Of a DNA stretch of 64,000 nucleotides, positions 36,299 to 46,885 are shown piece after piece. Within the stretch, counting starts at the first letter, position 1, and each line of letters starts with the position of its first letter. The stretch lies in the IMG/VR virus record IMGVR_UViG_3300005676_000004; one strand, 5' to 3'. Made by a program: the position numbers and the translations under genes. Below the pieces are notes generated by a model. The model was not told the DNA's origin and did not search any database. It saw only the letters and a list, made by a program, of their open reading frames with translations. This DNA is from a virus.

Positions 36299-36703
36299 AT
36301 GAACATTACAGAGCGGCAGAACGTTAACTCCAAGAAAAATGCCGAGGTATTGGAAAATAATAAAGTTGATCATGTTGTAGAAGAGATGGAAGAACGTTAT
36401 CCACAGATGACAGCCGAGTTCAAACGAATACAACGAGAGCAATATGCACTATTCTGTCGGAAACAGAAAAACTATGGCCCTCACAACATTTCAATGGGTA
36501 CCCCACTTGACACAGAAGAAGATATACGATTTTCTCTTCAGGGTTTGTTCTTTAGATTGAATGACAAGATCAATCGTTTTAAGCAGATGGTATGTTTTGG
36601 TTCTGAGGATGCAGTGGGAGAATCATTGGCTGATACATTCAAAGACATTTCGGTGTACGGTATAATTGCGCAACTAGTACAGAATGGAAAATGGGGTAAA
36701 TAA
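36299..36703 (+). CDS. DUF1599 / nucleotide-modification-associated domain protein
   Basis: KQKNYG, RLNDKINR, ESLADTFKDISVYGII. Confidence 0.75.
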   Translation: MNITERQNVNSKKNAEVLENNKVDHVVEEMEERYPQMTAEFKRIQREQYALFCRKQKNYGPHNISMGTPLDTEEDIRFSLQGLFFRLNDKINRFKQMVCFGSEDAVGESLADTFKDISVYGIIAQLVQNGKWGK

Positions 36704-37938
36704 TGAGCACATATCTTAAGACTAGTGAATATGTTTCTCCTGGTCATCCTGATAAAGTAGCCGATCAGATTTCAGATCGGATCGTTGACTTTTGTTTAAG
36801 CAAGGATAGAAACGCCAAGGTTGCATGTGAAACTCTCATCAAGGGTAACCACATTCATCTAGCAGGTGAAATTAGTAGCGATTACTTCTCGTTTTCTGAA
36901 TTTATTGCTGAGATAGAATCTGATATAAAATCTTTACTGTGGGATGTAGGTTATCACCGTAACAATTACATTGATAGCTTACAATTTTCATATAACATTA
37001 CCGAGCAATCTCCCGAGATAAATTCGGCGGTTGTGACTGATAATGGAACGGCTGCTGGTGATCAAGGTATTATGTTCGGGTACGCTTGCTATGAAACTCC
37101 GACATATATGCCACTACATGTTTTCTTAGCGAGAGAGGTTATCTTCTATTATTACAAAAAATTTGATTTTCTTGAGCCGGATATGAAAGCTCAAGTAACT
37201 GTGGAGTATGATGCAGATACTCATCAGCCGATTGCAGTCAAAACTGTAATTGTATCTTTATGCTATTCTCCTGAGCGGTTTGTATTACCTATTTCTGGAG
37301 ATAGATTTGCAGAGTTCAAACTAATAATAGAGGCTACTAAGCCGCAACTCATTGAACACCTTACTTCTCTATTAGCTCCAGATAGTCGTCCTCACTTTTA
37401 CGAGAAATACAAGAATTTTTCTACTGAATTTTTTACTGATGATACCGACTTCATAATTAATCCAGCAGGAGAGTGGACTAGGGGTGGTCCTGCTGTAGAT
37501 TGTGGTGTCACTGGAAGAAAGATAGTCGTAGACCATTATGGGTCGGCATCTCCTGTCGGTGGTGGAGCTTTCTCTGGTAAAGACCCTTCAAAAGTTGATC
37601 GGTCGGCAGCATATATGGCTCGGCACATGGCAGTATCTCTGTTGTTCCATGACGTAGACACTGTGGAAAGTGCTGTCCAAGTAGAATTAGCGTATGCGAT
37701 AGGACAAAAACATCCAGTTGCAGTTAGAGTATATAATCCCAATACTAACGTGCAAATTGATCATACTAAACTATTTAGTAATGATAGCTTGACGCCGGAT
37801 GCCATAATTTACAGATTTGGACTGAAGGCTAACGTGAAGTACGCTAGTGTAGCGCATTATGGTCATTTTGGGTGTGATGCCTACCCATGGAATTTTCCAG
37901 CCGTATTTGTTATACCAGACTTGGAGTCTATTGGATGA
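36703..37938 (+). CDS. metK: S-adenosylmethionine synthetase
   Basis: SEYVSPGHPDK, AGDQG, GGGAFSGKDPSKVDRS. Confidence 0.93.
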   Translation: MSTYLKTSEYVSPGHPDKVADQISDRIVDFCLSKDRNAKVACETLIKGNHIHLAGEISSDYFSFSEFIAEIESDIKSLLWDVGYHRNNYIDSLQFSYNITEQSPEINSAVVTDNGTAAGDQGIMFGYACYETPTYMPLHVFLAREVIFYYYKKFDFLEPDMKAQVTVEYDADTHQPIAVKTVIVSLCYSPERFVLPISGDRFAEFKLIIEATKPQLIEHLTSLLAPDSRPHFYEKYKNFSTEFFTDDTDFIINPAGEWTRGGPAVDCGVTGRKIVVDHYGSASPVGGGAFSGKDPSKVDRSAAYMARHMAVSLLFHDVDTVESAVQVELAYAIGQKHPVAVRVYNPNTNVQIDHTKLFSNDSLTPDAIIYRFGLKANVKYASVAHYGHFGCDAYPWNFPAVFVIPDLESIG

Positions 37939-38465
37939 GACTAAATTCAGTTATAACCGCGTTGGTAACGGAGAACATGCCAGCGGCGGAAAGTAATTTT
38001 ACTCTCGTTGGTAAAATTGATGTGTATCATTACAGTAAACTAGATTTAGGTGATAAGGTAACTCTTAATCCAGAAGAGACAGTAAAACATCAATCTAGCT
38101 ATTCTAGAAATGACTATAAATTATCAAAATTCCCTAGGATGTTCTTCTATACTGACTTGAATAAGACAGAACATCTAGTTAAGTCTTCATCCAAAGCATT
38201 GTATAAGGCCGAAGTTGATGGTAGCTCAATATTGCTTCTACAGTCGGCGTTGTCCGCGTACAGAGAAAACAAGGAGGAGTTATCTCGTAAGAACAAGAAA
38301 GCCGCCTTGGTTATTCATGCTTTATTAGGCGAAGGGTACACTGATTGGGATGCTATGTTCAAGGAAGCTGCTAAGAATTTTAGCGGTGTGTTCTATGAGA
38401 CAGGCGGTGTACCTATGGTTGTTTTGTTTACTCCAGTTGACGCGAAGAAAATCCAACTTCCGTGA
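37935..38465 (+). CDS. Hypothetical protein, possible ART fold
   Basis: MRLNSVITALVTE N-terminus; VYHYS...RMFFY. Confidence 0.5.
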   Translation: MRLNSVITALVTENMPAAESNFTLVGKIDVYHYSKLDLGDKVTLNPEETVKHQSSYSRNDYKLSKFPRMFFYTDLNKTEHLVKSSSKALYKAEVDGSSILLLQSALSAYRENKEELSRKNKKAALVIHALLGEGYTDWDAMFKEAAKNFSGVFYETGGVPMVVLFTPVDAKKIQLP

Positions 38466-38472
38466 ACATAGA

Positions 38473-38504
38473 TTTGTAAATCTCAAAAAAGTTTCGTATA
38501 TTAG
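38473..38504 (+). promoter_or_regulatory. Bacteroidota-type promoter
   Basis: TTTG-N20-TATATT. Confidence 0.65.
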
Positions 38505-38518
38505 TAATAAAGGTTGCG

Positions 38519-39478
38519 ATGGCTATCTCATTTAGTCAATATTCAATTTGGAAGAATTGCAAGCTACAGTGGAAACTACGTTACTTTGACGGTAACTATG
38601 CATACGAGCCATCAATATCAACGTTGTTTGGCACTGCTATGCATAACACTCTACAACACTTCATCCAAGTTATGTATACTCAAACGATAGATGAAGCTAA
38701 CGCAATAAATCTAGAGGAGTATTTGCAAATAGAAATGATGGCGTTATACCAGCATCAAGTAGAGAATAACAAGAAAGTACATTTCAGTACTGCCGCTGAA
38801 CTTATTGAGTACTACGAAGACGGCGTTGAAATCATTAAGTGGTTCAAGACTCATCGTGTTGACTTCTTCACGAAGAAAGATTGGAAGTTATTAGGTATAG
38901 AGATGCCGATAAAGGTAAAACCTCTCAGTACTCATCCTAACGTAGACTTTGAAGGTTTATTGGATGTTGTACTTCAAAACACAAAGACTAATGAGATTGT
39001 GATCTATGACTTCAAAACGTCTACTCATGGCTGGGGTGAATCTACAAAGAATGATAAAACAAAAATTTCTCAGCTTATTTTGTATAAGACATATTATGCT
39101 GAGATGTTCAACATTGATCCAGACCTTATAAAAATTGAATACCTAATTCTCAAGCGCAAGATAAATGAAGATGCTGAGTACTCATCAATGAAGAAACGGA
39201 TACAACGTTTCTCCCCCGCTGATGGGAAACCTTCTCGCAATAGGGCGCGTAAAGACTTTGAGGCATTTATAGTTGAAAACTATAATAGTGACGGGACAAA
39301 AATTGAACACGATAGTTATCCAGCCACAGCAGGCCATTCTAACAACAATTGTACATTTTGCGCATTCAAGGATGACAATAAGCTATGTCCTTTTTCAAAA
39401 CGCATTATGAAGAGTCGAGAAATGCTTGAACACGAGAACTCTAACGCCACTTTACTAACTAAGGAAACTTCGCAATGA
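38519..39478 (+). CDS. PD-(D/E)XK exonuclease (RecB/Cas4-like)
   Basis: ISFSQY, FGTAMH, GLLD, IYDFKT, QLILY, C-terminal CxxC. Confidence 0.88.
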   Translation: MAISFSQYSIWKNCKLQWKLRYFDGNYAYEPSISTLFGTAMHNTLQHFIQVMYTQTIDEANAINLEEYLQIEMMALYQHQVENNKKVHFSTAAELIEYYEDGVEIIKWFKTHRVDFFTKKDWKLLGIEMPIKVKPLSTHPNVDFEGLLDVVLQNTKTNEIVIYDFKTSTHGWGESTKNDKTKISQLILYKTYYAEMFNIDPDLIKIEYLILKRKINEDAEYSSMKKRIQRFSPADGKPSRNRARKDFEAFIVENYNSDGTKIEHDSYPATAGHSNNNCTFCAFKDDNKLCPFSKRIMKSREMLEHENSNATLLTKETSQ

Positions 39479-40539
39479 TTGTTAAGACTGCGTATACGTA
39501 TGATGACATTCAGATTGTACCTTCATTATCCGAGGTTGAATCTAGGTCACATTGCTCGTTATATACCAATTTTACCGAAAACGTGCCCATCACAATTCCG
39601 TTAATTTCCGCACCAATGGATACTGTAACTGAGGTGGCTATGGCATATACTTTGGGGGTACATGGCGCAGTAGGCATCATTCATCGATTTGATTCAATAG
39701 AAGAGCAAGTTAAGAAAACGGAAATGGTTCATCAGCAACTTGCATTGTTTTCAGATGTGATTCGTCCAACAGCCGCCGCTGTTGGTGTAGTTGGAGATTA
39801 CTTAGAACGTGCGCAAGCACTTGTTTATGCTGGTGCTAATGTGATTCTCATTGATGTCGCACATGGACACACGGAGCTTATGCGGAAAGCACTTCGTGAG
39901 CTAAAGAACTCTTTACCGGAGAGAGTTGACATAATCGCGGGTAATGTTTCGACAGGAGCGGGGGCTACGGCACTAGCTGAATGGGGTGCTAGTGCTATAC
40001 GAGTTGGTATTGGCGGCGGTTCGCTTTGTGAGACTCGTATACGTACTGGTGTAGGAGTTCCGCAGGCAACAGCCGTGTCTGACTGTGTTGCATCGTTAAC
40101 GTATTCAGGCTACGGTCACATTCCAGTAATTGCCGATGGTGGTATACGAACGCCTGGTGACGTTGCAAAAGCTCTAGCGTTAGGGGCGTCTAGCGTTATG
40201 ATTGGCTCAATTTTTGCTGGAACTGAAGAGACCCCAGGTGAAGTAATAAAGATTGGTCACTGGCCTAATGAAAAACGAATGAAGAAATATAGGGGGTCGG
40301 CCTCAATGGATGCTAAGATTGCATCCGGTAAACACACTACGCACGTAGAAGGTAATTCGGTTATGATTCCCGTTAAAGGTTCGGTCATGGAACTTGTTGA
40401 TGATATTTGTGACGGTGTAAAGTCTGCTATGTCGTATGTCGGCGCAACTACACTAAAGGATTTTATGTTACATGCCGAATTTGTACACGTTACGTCAAAC
40501 GGTGTCATTGAGGCACATCCACATCTTATGTTGAAATAA
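39475..40539 (+). CDS. IMP dehydrogenase / GMP reductase family protein (no CBS domains)
   Basis: [30 protein letters not shown]. Confidence 0.9.
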   Translation: MIVKTAYTYDDIQIVPSLSEVESRSHCSLYTNFTENVPITIPLISAPMDTVTEVAMAYTLGVHGAVGIIHRFDSIEEQVKKTEMVHQQLALFSDVIRPTAAAVGVVGDYLERAQALVYAGANVILIDVAHGHTELMRKALRELKNSLPERVDIIAGNVSTGAGATALAEWGASAIRVGIGGGSLCETRIRTGVGVPQATAVSDCVASLTYSGYGHIPVIADGGIRTPGDVAKALALGASSVMIGSIFAGTEETPGEVIKIGHWPNEKRMKKYRGSASMDAKIASGKHTTHVEGNSVMIPVKGSVMELVDDICDGVKSAMSYVGATTLKDFMLHAEFVHVTSNGVIEAHPHLMLK

Positions 40540-40553
40540 TAGGAGATAACTCA

Positions 40554-40784
40554 ATGACTGAGTCATTTAGGAAGATACCTATCACTGGATTTTTCGCTAG
40601 GCTACGAAACTCAATCCGTAAGTTATTCAGACGTCCATACTATGAGTTATATGAGGATGTTGAGACCAAAGAGCAATTTGCAATCGTCATCGGAGTTAAG
40701 GTTTCTACTCCTAGGAGTCCAAGTACGCGACAAAAGGTTCATAGAGTAAAAGATAATAATGCTGACTATACGGTAAAAAACTAA
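40554..40784 (+). CDS. Hypothetical protein
   Basis: 76-aa ORF with AGGAG RBS. Confidence 0.55.
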   Translation: MTESFRKIPITGFFARLRNSIRKLFRRPYYELYEDVETKEQFAIVIGVKVSTPRSPSTRQKVHRVKDNNADYTVKN

Positions 40785-40799
40785 TTTGGAGATATGTGC

Positions 40800-42209
40800 A
40801 TGGAAAATAAGAAGAGGAAGATATTATTGTTGTCTGATGATCTACGGTTGCACTCCGGTATTGCTACCGTGAGTCGTGACCTAGTTTTAGGTTCGGTTCA
40901 TAAGTATGATTGGGTTCAACTAGGCGCGGCAATTAATCACCCAGATAAAGGTAAAGTTTTTGATTTAAGTGAAGATACTGCTAAGTTGACAGGAGTTCCT
41001 GATGCAAACGTGAAGATATATGCGCATGATTCATATGGTAATCCTTTAGTATTGCGAAGTTTGTTAGATGCAGAACAGCCAGATGCTGTACTACACTTCA
41101 CCGACCCTCGTTTTTGGGACTGGTTGTATGCCATGGAGCATGAGCTTCGTGGCAAAATTCCTCTACTGTATTTGAATATTTGGGATGATTTACCCGATCC
41201 GTGGTGGAATCGACAAGCATACGCGTCATGTGACTTACTTATGGCAATATCAAAACAGACGTATGGTATCAATCAACGAGTACTTTCTAGATATGGTGAA
41301 CCTACCGACGGTCGTATAACGTATGTACCACACGGTATCAATTCCGAAATCTTTAAACCGCTATCACCCGACGATCCGGCGTATCCCGTATTTGAGACTG
41401 AAAACAATAAGTTTAGAAAAGACAACAAGGATCGTTTCATCGTCTTCTGGAACAATCGAAATTTACATAGGAAGCATCCAGGGGATGTTGTGCTTGCATA
41501 TACTGAGTTTTGTAACATGGTGAAGGCTAATGGCGGCGATCCGAGCACGGAATGCTTATTGTTTATGCACACAGCCCCTATAGACCCCAACGGTACGGAC
41601 ATTACTGCTGTCATAGATGAGTTATGTCCATACCAAGTGGCCTTTAGTACGGGAACTCTAAGTCCTCAGCAAATGAATATCCTTTATAATATTGCAGACG
41701 TTACTATCAACATAGCATCTAACGAGGGGTTTGGATTAACTACCGCCGAGTCCCTTATGGCTGGAACTCCAATCGTAGTTAATGTAACAGGCGGGTTACA
41801 AGATCAGTGTGGGTTTATAAACCCCGAAACGGGCAAATATTTTACGGAAGATGATTATGTTACAGTAGGTTCTCTGCATAGGAGAGAAGAGTGGAAGGAT
41901 GTCCTGAAAGAGAAGCATGGTGAGTGGGTTATACCAGTATGGCCATCTAATTTATCATTGCAAGGTTCTCCTCCAACTCCATATATCTTTGATGATCGGG
42001 CTTCATATCAAGAATCTGCTTCTGCACTATATGAGTGGTACAGTATGTCAAAGGAAGAACGAAAAGAGCGTGGGCTTCGTGGACGAGAGTTCATGGTTGG
42101 AGAATCAAATATGAGTAGAGATAACATGTGTAGACTTGCAATTGATAGCATTGAATCGTGTTTACAAACCTTCACGCCCCGTAGTCGTTGGGAAATGTTT
42201 CTAGTTTAA
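40800..42209 (+). CDS. GT-B glycosyltransferase (GT4-like)
   Basis: YVPHGI; EGFGLTTAESLMAG. Confidence 0.88.
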   Translation: MENKKRKILLLSDDLRLHSGIATVSRDLVLGSVHKYDWVQLGAAINHPDKGKVFDLSEDTAKLTGVPDANVKIYAHDSYGNPLVLRSLLDAEQPDAVLHFTDPRFWDWLYAMEHELRGKIPLLYLNIWDDLPDPWWNRQAYASCDLLMAISKQTYGINQRVLSRYGEPTDGRITYVPHGINSEIFKPLSPDDPAYPVFETENNKFRKDNKDRFIVFWNNRNLHRKHPGDVVLAYTEFCNMVKANGGDPSTECLLFMHTAPIDPNGTDITAVIDELCPYQVAFSTGTLSPQQMNILYNIADVTINIASNEGFGLTTAESLMAGTPIVVNVTGGLQDQCGFINPETGKYFTEDDYVTVGSLHRREEWKDVLKEKHGEWVIPVWPSNLSLQGSPPTPYIFDDRASYQESASALYEWYSMSKEERKERGLRGREFMVGESNMSRDNMCRLAIDSIESCLQTFTPRSRWEMFLV

Positions 42210-42213
42210 TAAT

Positions 42214-43551
42214 TTGGAAAATGATATGAGTATGACAATACATAAGCCACTTTTAGTATTCTGCGGACCAGTGCTTACACGCTCAGGCTACGGAGAACAT
42301 TCACGTGATCTATTACGATCGCTGAGAGAAATGAATAAATTTGACATTAAAATAATGTCAATAAATTGGGGAAACACACCAATGGATGCGTTGAAACCCG
42401 ACGAGAATGAATTTGATAAATGGATTCTAGATTCGATATTAACGTCGGCATTGCAATCACGTCCCGACATCTTTATGCATTGCTCAGTTCCTTCGGAGTT
42501 CAATCCGATTGGAAATTTCAACGTAGGTATAACTGCGGGTATAGAGACGGATTTATGCTCTCCGGCGTGGATAGAGGGTTGTAACAGAATGCAGTTGGTT
42601 TTAGTTCCTTCTGAACATGCAAAATCTGTCTTTATGAACAGTACATTTGCTAAATTCAACAGGAACACGCACCAGCCGGAGGGGGAGTTAGCAATAACTA
42701 CTCAAATTGAGGTTCTACCAGAAGGCGTACGCCTCGATGTATTTGATGCTAGTTTGGTTTCTGAAACTAACTTCACCACTGCATTGAACGATCGGTTGCT
42801 AACTGATTTTAATTTCTTGTTTGTCGGTCATTGGTTGCCAGGTGACTTCGGTCAAGATAGAAAAGATGTATCTGGGTTAGTAATGCAGTTTATAAAGGCG
42901 TTTTCGTCAGAAACACCTGCTTCGGATAAGCCAGGATTGATTTTGAAAACGTGTGCGGGTACATTCTCAGTTACCGATCGTGATCTAGTAATCTCAAAGA
43001 TAAACTCTATACGATCAATGGCAAATATTCCTAGAGAACAGCAACCTAACATCTATCTTCTCCACGGCGACCTTACAGAAAATCAAATGGCTGAGTTGTA
43101 TAACCACGCGAAGGTTAAAGCATTCGTTTCATTCACAAAAGGTGAGGGGTACGGACGTCCGATTGCAGAGTTCATTCCTTCAGGAAAGCCAGTACTGGTT
43201 TCAGGGTGGTCTGGACATGTTGACTTCGTAAATCCAGCATTTCATCAGTATTTGCCTGGTGAATTGACCACAATTCATCCTAGCTCAGTCTGGAAAGGCG
43301 TTATAGAGCCAGAATCAAAGTGGTTTACAGTCAATTACGAACAATCTATTGAGATTATGAAAGATTGTTATAAGAATTACAAGAAATTTTTGACTAATTC
43401 TAAGAAGTCTGTGTCACAATTCAAGTTAAAGTTCTCTTTTGAAGCTATGCACGACAAGTTTATGGCAATTTTAGACCAAAAGACACCGAAGATGCCAGAA
43501 AAAGTTACAATTCAACTGCCAAAGTTAGTCAAACGAGAGGAAGTTGTATGA
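42214..43551 (+). CDS. GT-B glycosyltransferase (GT4-like)
   Basis: RSGYG; FTKGEGYGRPIAE. Confidence 0.85.
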   Translation: MENDMSMTIHKPLLVFCGPVLTRSGYGEHSRDLLRSLREMNKFDIKIMSINWGNTPMDALKPDENEFDKWILDSILTSALQSRPDIFMHCSVPSEFNPIGNFNVGITAGIETDLCSPAWIEGCNRMQLVLVPSEHAKSVFMNSTFAKFNRNTHQPEGELAITTQIEVLPEGVRLDVFDASLVSETNFTTALNDRLLTDFNFLFVGHWLPGDFGQDRKDVSGLVMQFIKAFSSETPASDKPGLILKTCAGTFSVTDRDLVISKINSIRSMANIPREQQPNIYLLHGDLTENQMAELYNHAKVKAFVSFTKGEGYGRPIAEFIPSGKPVLVSGWSGHVDFVNPAFHQYLPGELTTIHPSSVWKGVIEPESKWFTVNYEQSIEIMKDCYKNYKKFLTNSKKSVSQFKLKFSFEAMHDKFMAILDQKTPKMPEKVTIQLPKLVKREEVV

Positions 43552-44243
43552 AACTAGTGTATACAATAGCCGCATGTGACGAACATGAGGAGTTAACGCA
43601 ACTTTTGACGCAATTGACGAGTAAGACTCCGTTTGAGGATTATGCTATAGTCGTTGTTATTGATACTACCAAGATTAATGCACAGATGATGGCTACAGTT
43701 GCATACTTTTCAGTAAATCCGAAGATAGAGTTCGTAGATAACGCATTTAATGGAAATTTTTCAGATTTAAAAAATCTCATGAACAGTATGGCTACCAACT
43801 ACAACTGTAGATGGATTTTCAATATTGATGCTGATGAGACTCCAACTGATGAGTTTTTGCGCGATATAGAGCTTATCCTTAGTGCAGCAGATGATAGTGA
43901 CGTGGATGCAATATCAATACCTCGTGCAAATTATGTCCATGGTATAACGGACTATCACATCAATCGTTGGGGTTGGATCGTTGACACGCATGGAAGAATT
44001 AACTGGCCAGATTATCAAGTCAGATTGTATAGAAATTTACCACGATTAGTTTGGTCTGGCACCGTTCATGAGACACTTAGTGGGATAACACGACTATGGC
44101 CTCTGCCCGATAAAGAGATTCGTACTGACACCGGAGAGGCAACGACTCATCCACCTTTGTATTTCTTAAAGCATCCGAAGACAATTGAGCGGCAAGAACG
44201 GCAAAACAGTTTATATGCAGCAATGATTCACGGTACAGCGTAA
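43548..44243 (+). CDS. GT-A (GT2-like) glycosyltransferase
   Basis: WIFNIDADE; WPDYQVR; VHE. Confidence 0.8.
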   Translation: MKLVYTIAACDEHEELTQLLTQLTSKTPFEDYAIVVVIDTTKINAQMMATVAYFSVNPKIEFVDNAFNGNFSDLKNLMNSMATNYNCRWIFNIDADETPTDEFLRDIELILSAADDSDVDAISIPRANYVHGITDYHINRWGWIVDTHGRINWPDYQVRLYRNLPRLVWSGTVHETLSGITRLWPLPDKEIRTDTGEATTHPPLYFLKHPKTIERQERQNSLYAAMIHGTA

Positions 44244-45217
44244 TGAAGACAGCATTTGTCTCCGAGATTCCTTACTTTGGAAAGTTCACACGTGAACATC
44301 CGAACATGCGAGTAGAATTTGCATGGATGGTTCAACACGATGCTACGCATTTTCCAATAGGCAACTATCAACAAGTTGAAGGATTTGATGAGGTATACGT
44401 CATAATTCCGAAGGGTGAACTAACCCTTAATGCAGTTGGAGCTGATTTACTTGCAGTTTATCCACCAACTGATACCAATCCCGTGAAGAAGTTTCTGGGT
44501 GAAAATATAATCCAAGTACTCAAAGGGAAGAATGTAAAGGTTTTTATAATCCAAGAAGGCCCGACTACACTTTTCAACGACTGGAGTGTTGAGACGCAAA
44601 TGCTATGGTACAGTAACGTCATGCAAAGCGACGGTATCTGTTGCCATAATACAAGTGATGTACCTTTTTATGAAGGGCTTTTCAAGGGATTAATCCCAGT
44701 GACTGTTAAGAAGACAGTAATGATTGATACTCTCCTTAAGAAACTTCAACCCGTTGACACCACTGATACCGTTATCATAGGTGGAAATTTCTCCCGATGG
44801 TACGGCGGATTTCAGAGTTGGATAGTTGCATCTGAACTGGTTGATGATTTGAATACGGCAGCATTTGTTCAGACTTCTCACTCTACACGGTTTTCTGAAA
44901 ATTTATACTTGAATGTGTTACCACGAATGTCGTGGATTGACTGGATGGATAGACTACGCCAGTTTAAGTATGCCGTACACCTTATGCCGACAGTTGCTGC
45001 TGGAACGTTTAATTTGAACTGCGCATACTGGGGTATACCATGTATAGGTAATAAGAAAGTTGACACCCAGAGGGAGTGCTTCCCTCTCCTATCCGTTGAT
45101 CCAGAAGATGTTCTATCGGCAAGTATATTAGCGCAACGTCTCAGGAACGAGAAAGAATTTTATACTCAAGTATCCGAACATGCCAAGCGCATTGCTCGTG
45201 AAAAATTTTTAATGTAA
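44243..45217 (+). CDS. Probable glycosyltransferase-like protein
   Basis: Cluster context; AGTFNLNCAYWGIPCIG resembles a GT-B C-terminal motif. Confidence 0.5.
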   Translation: MKTAFVSEIPYFGKFTREHPNMRVEFAWMVQHDATHFPIGNYQQVEGFDEVYVIIPKGELTLNAVGADLLAVYPPTDTNPVKKFLGENIIQVLKGKNVKVFIIQEGPTTLFNDWSVETQMLWYSNVMQSDGICCHNTSDVPFYEGLFKGLIPVTVKKTVMIDTLLKKLQPVDTTDTVIIGGNFSRWYGGFQSWIVASELVDDLNTAAFVQTSHSTRFSENLYLNVLPRMSWIDWMDRLRQFKYAVHLMPTVAAGTFNLNCAYWGIPCIGNKKVDTQRECFPLLSVDPEDVLSASILAQRLRNEKEFYTQVSEHAKRIAREKFLM

Positions 45218-45220
45218 ACT

Positions 45221-46885
45221 ATGAAGAATAAGTTTCGTATTATAACTCCATCGTATAATAATGCGTTGTGGCTAGAGTACAACGTTGCATCTGTACTCAA
45301 TCAGACCTATGCAAATTGGGAATGGATATACATTGACGACTGCTCAACTGATGGTACGTATGATCTAGTTAAGAGCCTTGTTGATGACCCTAGGGTTACT
45401 ATTATCCGTAACGAGACTAATCTAGGCGCAATGTGGAACTACTTTGAGATAGGTCTCAGAGACATTGAGGATGATACTATAGTTGTTCATTTAGATGGTG
45501 ATGACTGGCTATTTGACATTCATGTCCTAGAACGACTCAATGATTACTACAACCAACACGATGTATGGATGACATATGGAAAGATGTACGTGTGGCGTGG
45601 GGCGGATTCCACCGTTGAAGAATCCACACCTCAGAATAGTCCTGCGCCCGAAATTGTAATGCAACGTCGTTCGTTTAGAGAAGACATTTGGCGGTACTCT
45701 CATCTACGCACATATAGAGCATTTCTATTGAAAGCTATTAATAAAGATGATATGATTGATCCAGTTACGAATGAGTTCTATTGGGAAGCAAGTGATCTAT
45801 CGTTTCAGTATCCATGTCTAGAGATGTCGGCTCCCGATAAGATAGGGTGTGTTGACTTTCCAACTTACGTATACAATGCGAATCCGCTTCAAACATCTAG
45901 GACATCAACTCGACAGCATTCATCTAGACATTGGGAGATTGAACAGTCTATCCGAGGCAAGAAGAGATACAGTAAGGGTATTGGCCTCGGTAAATTACCG
46001 CAAGTTAATATTCATGGCTATCAATACGATAGCGACACGATACCAACAAAATTTAGTATTGTCTACAACGCTACTACTAACACTGAATATGATGTAACGG
46101 TGTTCACTGATTTTGATATACCAAAGTATATTAATAATCCTTCTCTAGTTGGTGGACTGGTGATTGCAGACTTACATGAGACGCGAGAGTTTTCGGAAGA
46201 CCTTAATCGAATTTATGATCTAGTGTATGACAACTACTCTCTGTTTGATTGCATTATAACACACGACGAAAAGTTGTTAACGTTGCCGAATGCTAAACTA
46301 CGATTTATAGCATGGCGAACGCACCTGTATCGGTACGACGTAAATAAGCCAGTTATTCGTGACCCAATGGAAGGGCTGTATTGTTACCCAAAGTCACGGC
46401 AAGTATCTTGTGTGTCTTCAAATAAGGCATTTCTCCCCGGACATCATAAACGTCTAGAGTTCGTACATTGGATGCGCCATAATGCTCCGCACGTTGATAT
46501 GTATGGTCGCGGGTTCAACGCGGTAGAGCAGAAGCTCGATGCTTTGCGTGATTATCGTTTCTCGGTTGTTATAGAGAATGCAGTTAGACCTAACTGGATA
46601 ACTGAGAAGGTGACGGACTGTTTTATTACGGGCACGATACCGATCTATTATGGTGCTCCGAATATAGGGGATTACTTTGATTCAAACGGAATATTACAGT
46701 TTGCAACTGTTGAAGAACTCCAGCAAATTTTGCAGATGATTGAAACATCTGGAGAAGAGTTATATAGAGACAAAATTGAATCGGTTATGGAAAATTTTAA
46801 GCACGGGTTACATTATACGCTAACACTTGACAAGTGGTTTGATGTATACATTCGGCCTATTATATGTGGAGGTAAGCGTGGGTAA
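45221..46885 (+). CDS. Bifunctional GT2 plus GT10 (alpha-1,3-fucosyltransferase-like) protein
   Basis: IITPSYN...IDDCSTD...LDGDD; C-terminal YRFSVVIEN...ITEK...PIYYG. Confidence 0.82.
   Translation: MKNKFRIITPSYNNALWLEYNVASVLNQTYANWEWIYIDDCSTDGTYDLVKSLVDDPRVTIIRNETNLGAMWNYFEIGLRDIEDDTIVVHLDGDDWLFDIHVLERLNDYYNQHDVWMTYGKMYVWRGADSTVEESTPQNSPAPEIVMQRRSFREDIWRYSHLRTYRAFLLKAINKDDMIDPVTNEFYWEASDLSFQYPCLEMSAPDKIGCVDFPTYVYNANPLQTSRTSTRQHSSRHWEIEQSIRGKKRYSKGIGLGKLPQVNIHGYQYDSDTIPTKFSIVYNATTNTEYDVTVFTDFDIPKYINNPSLVGGLVIADLHETREFSEDLNRIYDLVYDNYSLFDCIITHDEKLLTLPNAKLRFIAWRTHLYRYDVNKPVIRDPMEGLYCYPKSRQVSCVSSNKAFLPGHHKRLEFVHWMRHNAPHVDMYGRGFNAVEQKLDALRDYRFSVVIENAVRPNWITEKVTDCFITGTIPIYYGAPNIGDYFDSNGILQFATVEELQQILQMIETSGEELYRDKIESVMENFKHGLHYTLTLDKWFDVYIRPIICGGKRG

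Noticed and set aside
38519-39478. Cas4 as part of a CRISPR-Cas system
   Set aside because: No other cas genes or array; fits a stand-alone phage PD-(D/E)XK exonuclease.
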